Of a DNA stretch of 32,000 bases, positions 17,907 to 25,878 are shown piece by piece; within the stretch, counting starts at the first letter, position 1; every line of letters begins with the position of its first letter. The DNA is from an uncultured Clostridium sp. (GTDB lineage: Bacteria > Bacillota > Clostridia > Oscillospirales > Acutalibacteraceae). The stretch is from contig CAZPMK010000011.1 in assembly GCA_964587915.1 (NCBI GenBank), positions 7,310 through 39,309 on the forward strand. Direction: 5' to 3'. Below the pieces are notes generated by a model that saw only the letters and a program-made list of their open reading frames with translations, searched no databases and was not told where the DNA came from. A program made the translations under genes and the position numbers.

Positions 17907-20018
17907 TCATTCCGCTTCATCGATCAAGCCGTAATATCTTCCGAACCAATAGGGAAGAAGATAACTGCTCGGTGACTGTGCCATGCCGGGTCGTCCGCTG
18001 TTGACCCTGTACGGGTTGCTGTCGTAATTTGAAAGTCCTCTTTCGTCAACCGCAAGAGCCTTGAGAAGCTGTTTGCCACCGCCCCATTTTTCTTGAACGG
18101 TATCATAAACAAGGTCTTTCCTTTTTGAATTGAGCATGGCGTAATTGATATAGTCAATCGGCAGGTCACGAAGTACCTGAACCGCGGTATCGAGGTCGCA
18201 TACATCATCGGTGAACGCACCGTACATCAAATTCCAAAGAACACAGTTCTCCGAACGCTCATATTCCCAATGGTGTCTCATTCCCATGAGTATATACGAA
18301 CGGATGAACGGGTCTTTCTCGATACGGAGAATCGTTGCGGAGCAAAGGAAAGCAAGATTGTCGTCAATATGCGTAATCCTGCCGTCATCCTTTTTGTGCT
18401 GAGCGGCGTTGAGGAGATAGTGCTCCTTTGTTGCAAGACGCATGAATTCCGTGCGGTATTTTTCGTCGCCCGACATATGATAAGCAACATCGAGGAACGT
18501 GAGAATTTCAAGGGAATTAACGCATTTTTCCCAAAGCCACATACTGTTTCCGTTCAGCTCTGCGGGATCCCAGCACGCCCAGGTGGTGGGCAGACCGTCA
18601 ACATCGCAAAGACGGTAATGATTTTCAAGAATGTGATCTACTATGTTGCATATGATTTCGCGGATCATTTCTTTTTCTTTTTCATCGGCGCAAAGGTCGT
18701 AGTAGAGGGAGAAGCCGAAGAAATGCCCGGTCATCTCGTCACTCGAGGTCTCACCGAGCCATTCGCATGAGCCGTCGGGAGCCTTGTGCCATTCCGCACC
18801 GTCAATTTGCATATCAAGATTTTTACCGTAATTGTCATCGCCTTCAAATCTGACGGCACGAGCGGTGAAGCCTTTGATACCGCTGACCTTTGTGAGAAAA
18901 GCGGTTGCGTTGATACTGCGGCGAGCCGCCTCGAGAACCTTTTTATCGCCTGTTACGGCATAGCAATAGCAAAGAGCGGCGATGTATGTATGTGTCCAAA
19001 GTCCGTCGTTGTCGGTTATACGGGGCTTACCGGTTGAAATGTCACGGTTTACAACATTTTTTACATCGGTGATATACCCGAGGGAGCGGATATAATATTT
19101 TTCCGCATAGTCAAAAAAGTAGTCAGCTTTTTCTTTCAAGGTCATTTTGCTTTCGCCGATTAAGGATACTCCCGAATCGGTGGCGGTCCAAATACCTTTG
19201 TCGGTAATGAGTGCGGAATTTACCTTTTCCTCACATACCCAGCGTGTTGCGGGCAGATGTTTTGCTTTGCCGTTCTCGATTATGACAATACCGGCTTCCG
19301 TTGCAAGAACAGCTTTGCCGTCATCGGAAAAATCAATGCCGTATATTTCTTCGGCGGGAAGTGCGGCGATTTCCTTGTGACCGTACCAGCCGCAGCCGTT
19401 GTCATATATGTAAGCACCCTTGTCCGTTCCAAGCCAAAGGAAACCGAGCTTTTTATCAAAGGCGGCACAGTTTATTTTGAGTTCGGGCATGGTGCTGTGT
19501 TCGGGATAAATGCACATCCAATGTTTTCTCTTGCCGGCAAAAACAAGAAGTGCTCTGTCGGAAAAAGCAACGATTCTGCCGCAGCCGCAGGCAAGACCGT
19601 TTGCGGGAGCTTCGTTCTCAAGATAGCGTACAAAACTGTCATTTTCAAGGACATAGAGAATTTCAGGAGTGATAACAAAAATCCTGTCTTCTCCGCTGAT
19701 TCCCGTTATATCTTCATTGAACACCTGAAATTCACGAATGAAACCGTTCTCAATTACATATAAAACCGACGAAGCCGAAAAGAAAATTCTGCCGTCGATT
19801 GAGGTAAAGATATGGCTGACGGGGGAGCAGGAAAACGAACCGAAGGAGCCGTCGGGCTTTGTATAGCTCAGACCGCAATCCGTTCCTATATAAACCGTTC
19901 CGTCGGGTGCTTCGGCGAGACAAAGTGCTTTGCTCGATATTAAGCCGTTTTCGGCGGTGAATACCTTACAAGTGCGTTGGGCGTATGTGTTTGATAAATA
20001 ATTTCCTTTTCTGTTCAT
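17907..20018 (-). CDS. Hypothetical 703-aa protein with N-terminal beta-propeller-like repeats and a C-terminal helical (alpha/alpha-toroid-like) domain
   Basis: GGAG SD is present and there is no signal peptide. The first ~290 aa carry repeated xDGxxYIGTDxGLxx-type blades (DGTVYIGTDCGLSY, FLWLGTDKGAYIY, KAVLATEAGIVII, GIWTATDSGVSLI). The remaining ~400 aa are rich in Trp, Tyr and His and helix-like (YIAALCYCYAVTGDKK, WACWDP, WLWEKCVNSLE). The domain calls are made by eye only. Confidence 0.6.
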   Translation of the reverse strand: MNRKGNYLSNTYAQRTCKVFTAENGLISSKALCLAEAPDGTVYIGTDCGLSYTKPDGSFGSFSCSPVSHIFTSIDGRIFFSASSVLYVIENGFIREFQVFNEDITGISGEDRIFVITPEILYVLENDSFVRYLENEAPANGLACGCGRIVAFSDRALLVFAGKRKHWMCIYPEHSTMPELKINCAAFDKKLGFLWLGTDKGAYIYDNGCGWYGHKEIAALPAEEIYGIDFSDDGKAVLATEAGIVIIENGKAKHLPATRWVCEEKVNSALITDKGIWTATDSGVSLIGESKMTLKEKADYFFDYAEKYYIRSLGYITDVKNVVNRDISTGKPRITDNDGLWTHTYIAALCYCYAVTGDKKVLEAARRSINATAFLTKVSGIKGFTARAVRFEGDDNYGKNLDMQIDGAEWHKAPDGSCEWLGETSSDEMTGHFFGFSLYYDLCADEKEKEMIREIICNIVDHILENHYRLCDVDGLPTTWACWDPAELNGNSMWLWEKCVNSLEILTFLDVAYHMSGDEKYRTEFMRLATKEHYLLNAAQHKKDDGRITHIDDNLAFLCSATILRIEKDPFIRSYILMGMRHHWEYERSENCVLWNLMYGAFTDDVCDLDTAVQVLRDLPIDYINYAMLNSKRKDLVYDTVQEKWGGGKQLLKALAVDERGLSNYDSNPYRVNSGRPGMAQSPSSYLLPYWFGRYYGLIDEAE

Positions 20019-20036
20019 TTTTATCGACTCCGTTCT

Positions 20037-20675
20037 TTAGAATACTGTTATGCAGGTTTGCAGATAATTACTTGTTCCCGTTTCTTTAACGGTGAGCATA
20101 TTGTTTCCGAGCTCGCACGATGACGGCACGGTGAATACCAAGGTTGCGATTCCGACTGAATCGGTTTTGATTTGCTCCGAGAGCTTTATTTCGTTCTTTA
20201 ACCCTTTGGTGCAAAACGATGCGGTAAATTCCTTGTTCGGAGTACCCATTATCGTAATGCTCGCTTGCTTGCCGCGGGCTACGGGACTTGTCTTGCTGAG
20301 AATTGACATTCCCTGCGACTTTTCGGGAACGGTCACGTTATTCTTTGTTTCGGAAGGTACATTGACCTTTGTTACTTCAGTCTTGTTCATCTTTGTTACC
20401 GCCGCCGTGGATTTTTCAGTGCGTGCGGTGCTTTCTTGTGATTTTGCCGTATCGGAAGCTGCTTTTTCGGATACGGGAGCCTTTGTCACGTTTTCTTTTT
20501 CGGAGACGGAGGAATTTGTTTTTTCGGTATCATAGGTTGATGTAGTGCCGTCAATCGCCGTCGTTTCGGCAGTGTCAGAGGATGCTTTTGAAATTTCATT
20601 GCCTTTTTCGCTTGTACAAGCGGCAAGACTGACAAAAGCAAGTGTCAGCACGAAGCATATTATTCGTTTTAACAT
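20037..20675 (-). CDS. Lipoprotein with a Ser/Thr/Lys/Glu-rich linker and a C-terminal beta-rich domain
   Basis: Signal peptide with lipobox SLAA-C, about 110 aa of low-complexity linker, then about 80 aa of alternating beta-type sequence (ASITIMGTPNKEFTASF...IATLVFTVPSSCELG). GAGGTG SD lies 8 nt upstream. Confidence 0.7.
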   Translation of the reverse strand: MLKRIICFVLTLAFVSLAACTSEKGNEISKASSDTAETTAIDGTTSTYDTEKTNSSVSEKENVTKAPVSEKAASDTAKSQESTARTEKSTAAVTKMNKTEVTKVNVPSETKNNVTVPEKSQGMSILSKTSPVARGKQASITIMGTPNKEFTASFCTKGLKNEIKLSEQIKTDSVGIATLVFTVPSSCELGNNMLTVKETGTSNYLQTCITVF

Positions 20676-20687
20676 AACAATAACACC

Positions 20688-21368
20688 TCAAATTTTGATT
20701 GATATTTCACCCGATGAAAGCACTTTTACGCTTGAGTCGGGAAGCCTAACCTTTAGATTGCAGTCGTTGTTTATACCGAGTGCAACGGCGGTGAAAGGTA
20801 TGCCGTTTTGAACAAACGAAATATCTCTGCCGAGAAAAAAGAGCCGTTTTTCATATTCGGTGCAAATGAAAGAATCGTTCGGATTATCTGCATATTTCAA
20901 GAGCTTTTCGGCGATTGCATCGGAAAGCACGTCTTTCGGCAAATCGAGATTTATGCTTCCTGCCGCCGTGAGCTGTTCGGGAAATTCGTCGGTCGTAAGA
21001 TTTATTCCTATTCCCACGGAAATATACTCTTTTCCGCCCTCCAAAAAATGCTCGCAGAGAATACCGCACACTTTTTTACCGTCAAGAAAAATATCATTTA
21101 CCCATTTGATTCCGAGATTTTCAACGCCGAAATCTTCAAGTGTCTCGCATACCGCAACTGCGGCGGCGGGGGTAATGAGTCCGAGCGGTCTATCGGGCGA
21201 AAAAACCAAGGTCATATATAATCCCGTGCTTTTCGGAGAAAAAAAGCTCCTGCCCTGTCTGCCTCTGCCGCTTGTTTGTGCATCGGCGGTTATAAGGCAG
21301 GGGAGCGGCAAATCCGCAGCACTTCGTCTTGCATATGAATTTGTTGAGTCGATAATTTCAAAATGCAA
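20688..21368 (-). CDS. birA: Biotin--[acetyl-CoA-carboxylase] ligase, class I (no HTH domain)
   Basis: IDSTN, the biotin loop SGRGRQGRSF, GIKWVNDI, and a C-terminal SH3-like tail. The only in-frame start after the upstream stop is the TTG at 21368. Confidence 0.85.
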   Translation of the reverse strand: MHFEIIDSTNSYARRSAADLPLPCLITADAQTSGRGRQGRSFFSPKSTGLYMTLVFSPDRPLGLITPAAAVAVCETLEDFGVENLGIKWVNDIFLDGKKVCGILCEHFLEGGKEYISVGIGINLTTDEFPEQLTAAGSINLDLPKDVLSDAIAEKLLKYADNPNDSFICTEYEKRLFFLGRDISFVQNGIPFTAVALGINNDCNLKVRLPDSSVKVLSSGEISIKI

Positions 21369-21426
21369 TTTGTTTAACCGATCCGTAGCACTTCACCTCG
21401 ATAAAAGCCTGAGATTCTACTTAAAA

Positions 21427-21455
21427 AGTATACAATAATAAAAAAGATATGTCAA
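21427..21455 (-). promoter_or_regulatory. Candidate sigma-A promoter of the birA operon
   Basis: On the minus strand: TTGACA (21455-21450), 17 nt, TATACT (21432-21427). Confidence 0.6.
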
Positions 21456-21470
21456 CCTAAATTATATATA

Positions 21471-21499
21471 TTGACACATGCCCTTAAAAAGTGTAAAAT
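21471..21499 (+). promoter_or_regulatory. Candidate sigma-A promoter of the glycyl-radical operon
   Basis: TTGACA (21471-21476), 17 nt, TAAAAT (21494-21499). It sits 15 nt from the divergent birA -35 box. Confidence 0.65.
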
Positions 21500-21536
21500 T
21501 AAGCTGTACAATTTTTGAAAAAGGAGGGCGGCTTTT

Positions 21537-22241
21537 GTGCTTGTGCTCCGAAAGGGCTTCAACTATTCTCAGGACGGACCCGGAAACCGTCTTGTTTACC
21601 ACCTTCAGGGATGCAATTTTTCGTGCAAATGGTGCTCAAATGCAGACAGCATTCCGAAAACCAATCCGAATGCACGAGAGTATACCTCGGATGAGCTTTT
21701 TGACGAGATAATACGCAGTCGAATGATGTTCTTTGACGGCGGCGGGGTTACATTTACGGGCGGTGAATGCACACTTTGGCATTCCGAGCTTTTGCCGCTT
21801 TTCAAAAGGCTTCGCGAAAATAATATCGGCGTTGCAATTGAAACCAACGCATCGAGTGTTCACCTTCCCGAGCTTGCAGAGTACATTGATCATCTCATAA
21901 TTGATTTAAAACATTACGATGAGTACGAACATAAAAAATGGGTCGGTGCTTCTCTCGAACAAACGAAAAAGAACATAGAATTTTTCCTTTCAAGCGGCAA
22001 AGAGATTCATATCAGAATCCCCGTCATTGGCGGAGTGAATGCAAATCCCGACGGCTTTGTGCGATATTTTCGGCAGTTTAATACCGAAAAAGCGGATTTT
22101 GAATTTCTTGCGTATCACGAATTCGGCAAGGATAAGTGGCAGGGAAAATACGAAATGAAGAACGCCTTTGTTTCGCCCGAAACCATGGCGGAATTTGAGA
22201 AAAATTTTACCGAAAACGGTTTTAAGGTCATTAAGACATAA
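21537..22241 (+). CDS. Glycyl-radical enzyme activating protein (radical SAM, PflA-size)
   Basis: GTG start 7 nt after AAAGGAGGG. DGPGNRLVYHLQGCNFSCKWCSN carries the CX3CX2C cluster motif in the typical GRE-activase context. GGGVTFTGGE is the SAM-binding GGE motif. At 234 aa with only four Cys in total, it has no ferredoxin-like insert. Confidence 0.9.
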   Translation: MLVLRKGFNYSQDGPGNRLVYHLQGCNFSCKWCSNADSIPKTNPNAREYTSDELFDEIIRSRMMFFDGGGVTFTGGECTLWHSELLPLFKRLRENNIGVAIETNASSVHLPELAEYIDHLIIDLKHYDEYEHKKWVGASLEQTKKNIEFFLSSGKEIHIRIPVIGGVNANPDGFVRYFRQFNTEKADFEFLAYHEFGKDKWQGKYEMKNAFVSPETMAEFEKNFTENGFKVIKT

Positions 22242-22253
22242 GGAGATGCGGTT

Positions 22254-24578
22254 ATGACAAATATTCTTGACAGCAAACGTATAACAGAAATGGCAAAAAA
22301 GCATTTTGCCGAAAAGAGAGCGGGAAAGAGGCTTGACGGCTGGTTTATCGCAAAAGAAAAGGAGCTTGAGCTTTCCGAAAAATATGCGGACAAAAAAGAA
22401 GAAGTCAAAAAGGCTCTTATTTTGAGAGACATTGCCGAGACACTTCCTTTGTATCTTACCGATTCACAGATTTTTGCAGGTACTCAGGACGATGCCTTTG
22501 CGAGAAGCTATGCCTTGATAAATCCTGCTTTTAAGGTTGAGGAATTCAGCGGCTACTGCGATCCTACCGCAGTTTTCGGTGATATCGAACCGAATGACGA
22601 ATTTACCGCAGAGCGTATCAATGCTGCAAGAGAACAATTCTCAAAGACGGAATATTCCGAAAAGCTCAAAGCTGTTTACGGCGAAAACGAGTGCTATACA
22701 AAAGAGGTAATCTTCTTTTTTGAACAGGTAACCGGACATCTTATTCCCGATGTTCGTTTTGCGATAAAACACGGCATAGCCGAAATGAAAAATCTTATTA
22801 AGGATAAAGACGGCGACGGCTACAGAGCTTTTGAAATTGCTCTTGAAAGTGCGGTAATATTTGCAAACCGTTATGCCGATATCGCACATGAGCAGATGAA
22901 ATCCGCTTCCCCCGAAAGGCGTACACAGCTTGAGCTTATGGAAAAAACTCTGCGTAAGGTTCCCGAATACGGAGCGGAAAATCTTTATGAGGCAATTCAG
23001 TCCTTTATGCTGATATGGCAGGTAATGTGCCTCGAACAGACACCCAACCCGTTCGCTTTTTCCGTTGGAAATGCCGACAGAATTTTTGAGCCGTACAGAA
23101 ACGGTCTTGACCGTGAGACAGCGGCGGCACTTTTGAAGCATCTTCTTGTATTCTTCAATGTTGCAGACAGAAGCTGGGCGATTTCTCAGGACTTGATTGT
23201 CGGCGGCAGAGACCTTGAAGGCAATGACCTTACAAACGAAACAACGTATGCATTGCTTGATGCGTATTACGATATGAATTTACCTCAGCCCATACTTTCC
23301 GTAAAGCTCCATAAGAATACACCCGCAAAGCTGTATGAAGAAATGGGCAGATTCCTTTTCAGTCCCGGTGTGCTCACGCCGTCGTTCTTCAATGACGATT
23401 CACTTTTTGCGGTGCTTTCGGCTCACGGCGTTGAGGATAAAGACCTTGAGGATATCGCCGTTGCAGGCTGTCAGGAGCCGCTCATAATGGGCAAGGATAA
23501 CGGAAATACAACCAACACATGGCTCAATCTTCCTAAAATTCTCGAAATGACACTTACGGGCGGAGTTTCAACCGTCACCGGTGAAAAATTGGTTGATATT
23601 GAACCCTGCAAGCTCGAAAATGTCCGTGAAGAATTTTATAAGAACGTAAAGCTCTTTGCGGATGCCATGGCAAAGGCGGGAAACGGCGTATCATCTGCCG
23701 TTTCAACACAGCGAGTACCGTTCCTTTCATGCCTTATGGGAGGACTTGAAAACGGTATTGATGCGAGAGATACCGAAAGACAGGGTACAAAATACAACGG
23801 AAGCGGCTGCCTTATTCACGGCGTTTCCGTTATTGCGGACAGCTTTTCGGCGATTGATAAGCTGCTCAGCGAAAGACCCGAGGATGCAGACCGTCTTGTT
23901 GACGCACTCAAAGCGAATTTTGAGGGCTATGACGAATTGCACGAATTTCTCCTCTCAGCCGATAAGTTCGGCAATAATATTGAGAGTGTGGACAACGAAG
24001 CGGCACAGGTTGCTTCAAAGGTTGCGGATATCGTCGCCGGAGAGAAAAACTATCTCGGCAATCCGTTCCGTCCCGATTTCAGTTCACCCTCCACGCATTT
24101 GCTTTACGGCTATTGGGTAGGAGCAACTCCCGACGGCAGAGGCTCAAGAGATATGCTCGGATACGGTGTTGACCCGCTCTACGGCAGTGCCGAAAACGGT
24201 CTCGGCTTCCGTATGCTGTCAAATATGAAGCTCCCGTTTGAAAAAATGAACGGCGGATATGCTTCGCATCTCGGAATAGACCCCAAATATTTCAAGTCTG
24301 CCACATACGAAGAAAAGGGCATTGAATTCAGAGATAAGGTTATCGCTCCGCTTTTCTTCAATGAGCTTAAAGAGGGCGTTTCACCGTTCTATCTTTATGT
24401 CAACGTTACTACCGCCGAAATACTCAGAAAGGTTCTTGCGGAGCCGAAAAAATATGCTCCGAGCGGTGTGTACATAATGCGTATTCACGGAACGTTCGTC
24501 AACTTTCTTGATTTGTCTCCCGCAATTCAGCAGGATATCATAACAAGACTTGACCCCGCTTCAACCGCTCTTTGCTGA
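22254..24578 (+). CDS. Glycyl-radical enzyme, PFL-like/eliminase-type, substrate unknown
   Basis: 774 aa. The thiyl loop is AVAGCQEP (Cys406 with Glu408; tgt at 23469-23471). The GATPDGR block is present. The C-terminal glycyl loop is VYIMRIHGTFVNFLDLSPAIQQDIITRL, collinear with RVAGYSAYF..L....Q.DII.R of known GREs (Gly746; gga at 24489-24491). Confidence 0.88.
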   Translation: MTNILDSKRITEMAKKHFAEKRAGKRLDGWFIAKEKELELSEKYADKKEEVKKALILRDIAETLPLYLTDSQIFAGTQDDAFARSYALINPAFKVEEFSGYCDPTAVFGDIEPNDEFTAERINAAREQFSKTEYSEKLKAVYGENECYTKEVIFFFEQVTGHLIPDVRFAIKHGIAEMKNLIKDKDGDGYRAFEIALESAVIFANRYADIAHEQMKSASPERRTQLELMEKTLRKVPEYGAENLYEAIQSFMLIWQVMCLEQTPNPFAFSVGNADRIFEPYRNGLDRETAAALLKHLLVFFNVADRSWAISQDLIVGGRDLEGNDLTNETTYALLDAYYDMNLPQPILSVKLHKNTPAKLYEEMGRFLFSPGVLTPSFFNDDSLFAVLSAHGVEDKDLEDIAVAGCQEPLIMGKDNGNTTNTWLNLPKILEMTLTGGVSTVTGEKLVDIEPCKLENVREEFYKNVKLFADAMAKAGNGVSSAVSTQRVPFLSCLMGGLENGIDARDTERQGTKYNGSGCLIHGVSVIADSFSAIDKLLSERPEDADRLVDALKANFEGYDELHEFLLSADKFGNNIESVDNEAAQVASKVADIVAGEKNYLGNPFRPDFSSPSTHLLYGYWVGATPDGRGSRDMLGYGVDPLYGSAENGLGFRMLSNMKLPFEKMNGGYASHLGIDPKYFKSATYEEKGIEFRDKVIAPLFFNELKEGVSPFYLYVNVTTAEILRKVLAEPKKYAPSGVYIMRIHGTFVNFLDLSPAIQQDIITRLDPASTALC

Positions 24579-24586
24579 GGTGAAAA

Positions 24587-25876
24587 ATGAAAATAATCGG
24601 AATCGACATCGGAACGACAAGTATATGTGCCCTTGAAGCGGACGGCGAGACGGGCAGTATCATAAAGAGTCTTTCATACCCGAACAAAGCCTTCATTCAA
24701 GGGAAAATGTCCTTTGAGAAATTGCAGGATCCCGCCGTTATAATGAGCACCGTTGAACGCCTGCTTTCAAGCCTTGATTTGAGCAACGCGGCGGCAATCG
24801 GCTTTTCGGGTCAGATGCACGGAATACTTTATATTGACAAAAACGGCAATGCCGTAAGTCCGCTGTATACTTGGCAGGACGAACGGGGAGCACAGCTTTA
24901 TACCGACGGCAAAAGCTACGCCGAAGTCCTCGGCTGCTTCCCCGGCTACGGACTTGCAACTGATATGTATAATGAAAAAAACGGCTTGATACCCGACGAG
25001 GCCGTAACACTCTGTACCGTTGCGGATTATGCGGCGATGCGTCTTTGCGGGGAGGCCTCTCCGCTTGTACACATCACCAATGCCGCAAGCCTCGGTTGCT
25101 TTGATATCGAAAAATCCCGATTTAAGTGCGATAATCCGAGACTTCCCAAGGTGGTTTCCGATTTTGAAACAGTCGGAAAATTCAAGGGTATTCCCGTTTG
25201 TGTTGCCGTGGGCGACAATCAAGCGAGCTTCATCGGTTCGGTAAAATCGTCAAATGCGGCACTTATAAACGTCGGAACAGGCTCACAGATATCACGACTT
25301 ACCGACAATCCGAATTGCAAGGGCGTTGAAAAAAGACCCTTTGACGGAAAAAGATATCTTGCCGCAGGCTGTTCCCTTTGCGGAGGCAGAGCCTTTGCAA
25401 TGGTTGAAAAACTTTTCCGCGAAGCGGTAAAGGAGACTGCGGGCGAATGCGAATCCTTTTATCCCGTTCTCGACAGACTGCTTTCCGTCAAAGAAAATAC
25501 CGACCTTTCCGCTGACTGCCGTTTTTGCGGAACGAGAGATGAGCCGATGCTCAGAGGCGGACTTTTCGGTATTTCCGAAAGTAATTTCACTGTCTCGGAT
25601 ATCGCCCTTGCCGTTCTTGTCGGCATGACGAACGAGCTGTACGATATGTATGCTCTTTCCGGAGGCGGCGCAGATGAAATAGTATGCTCCGGAAACGGTG
25701 TGCGTAAGAATCCTGCATTGCAGCGGGTCATCAGGCAAATTTTCAATTCCGAAATAAAAATACCTCTTTACGAGGAAGAAGCGGCTTACGGAGCGGCACT
25801 TTCGGCAGGTACGGCTTGCGGAATGTTTTCCGATATTGATGCCGCAAGAGAAAGAATTAGATATACGGAGGCATAA
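24587..25876 (+). CDS. FGGY-family carbohydrate kinase, sedoheptulokinase-like subgroup
   Basis: 429 aa with GIDIGTTS, GFSGQMHGILY, YTWQDERG, VGDNQASFIG, NVGTGSQ, and a C-terminal GNGVRKNPALQRVI...AYGAAL. The order and spacing of these blocks parallel SHPK-type kinases. Confidence 0.75.
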   Translation: MKIIGIDIGTTSICALEADGETGSIIKSLSYPNKAFIQGKMSFEKLQDPAVIMSTVERLLSSLDLSNAAAIGFSGQMHGILYIDKNGNAVSPLYTWQDERGAQLYTDGKSYAEVLGCFPGYGLATDMYNEKNGLIPDEAVTLCTVADYAAMRLCGEASPLVHITNAASLGCFDIEKSRFKCDNPRLPKVVSDFETVGKFKGIPVCVAVGDNQASFIGSVKSSNAALINVGTGSQISRLTDNPNCKGVEKRPFDGKRYLAAGCSLCGGRAFAMVEKLFREAVKETAGECESFYPVLDRLLSVKENTDLSADCRFCGTRDEPMLRGGLFGISESNFTVSDIALAVLVGMTNELYDMYALSGGGADEIVCSGNGVRKNPALQRVIRQIFNSEIKIPLYEEEAAYGAALSAGTACGMFSDIDAARERIRYTEA

Positions 25877-25878
25877 CT

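Noticed and set aside
20860-21438. 192-aa (+) ORF opposite birA, plus other antisense ORFs at 20808-21221, 19257-19763 and 5203-5724
   Set aside because: All are embedded opposite genes with strong motif support (birA, the 703-aa protein, folD). Their composition is typical of antisense translation.
21450-21476. Inverted repeat TGTCAA-N15-TTGACA, whose left half (TGTCAACC) resembles a BirA/bioO operator half-site
   Set aside because: The two arms are simply the -35 hexamers of two back-to-back divergent promoters, each with a properly spaced -10 box. The BirA encoded here also lacks any N-terminal HTH domain, so it cannot be a repressor.
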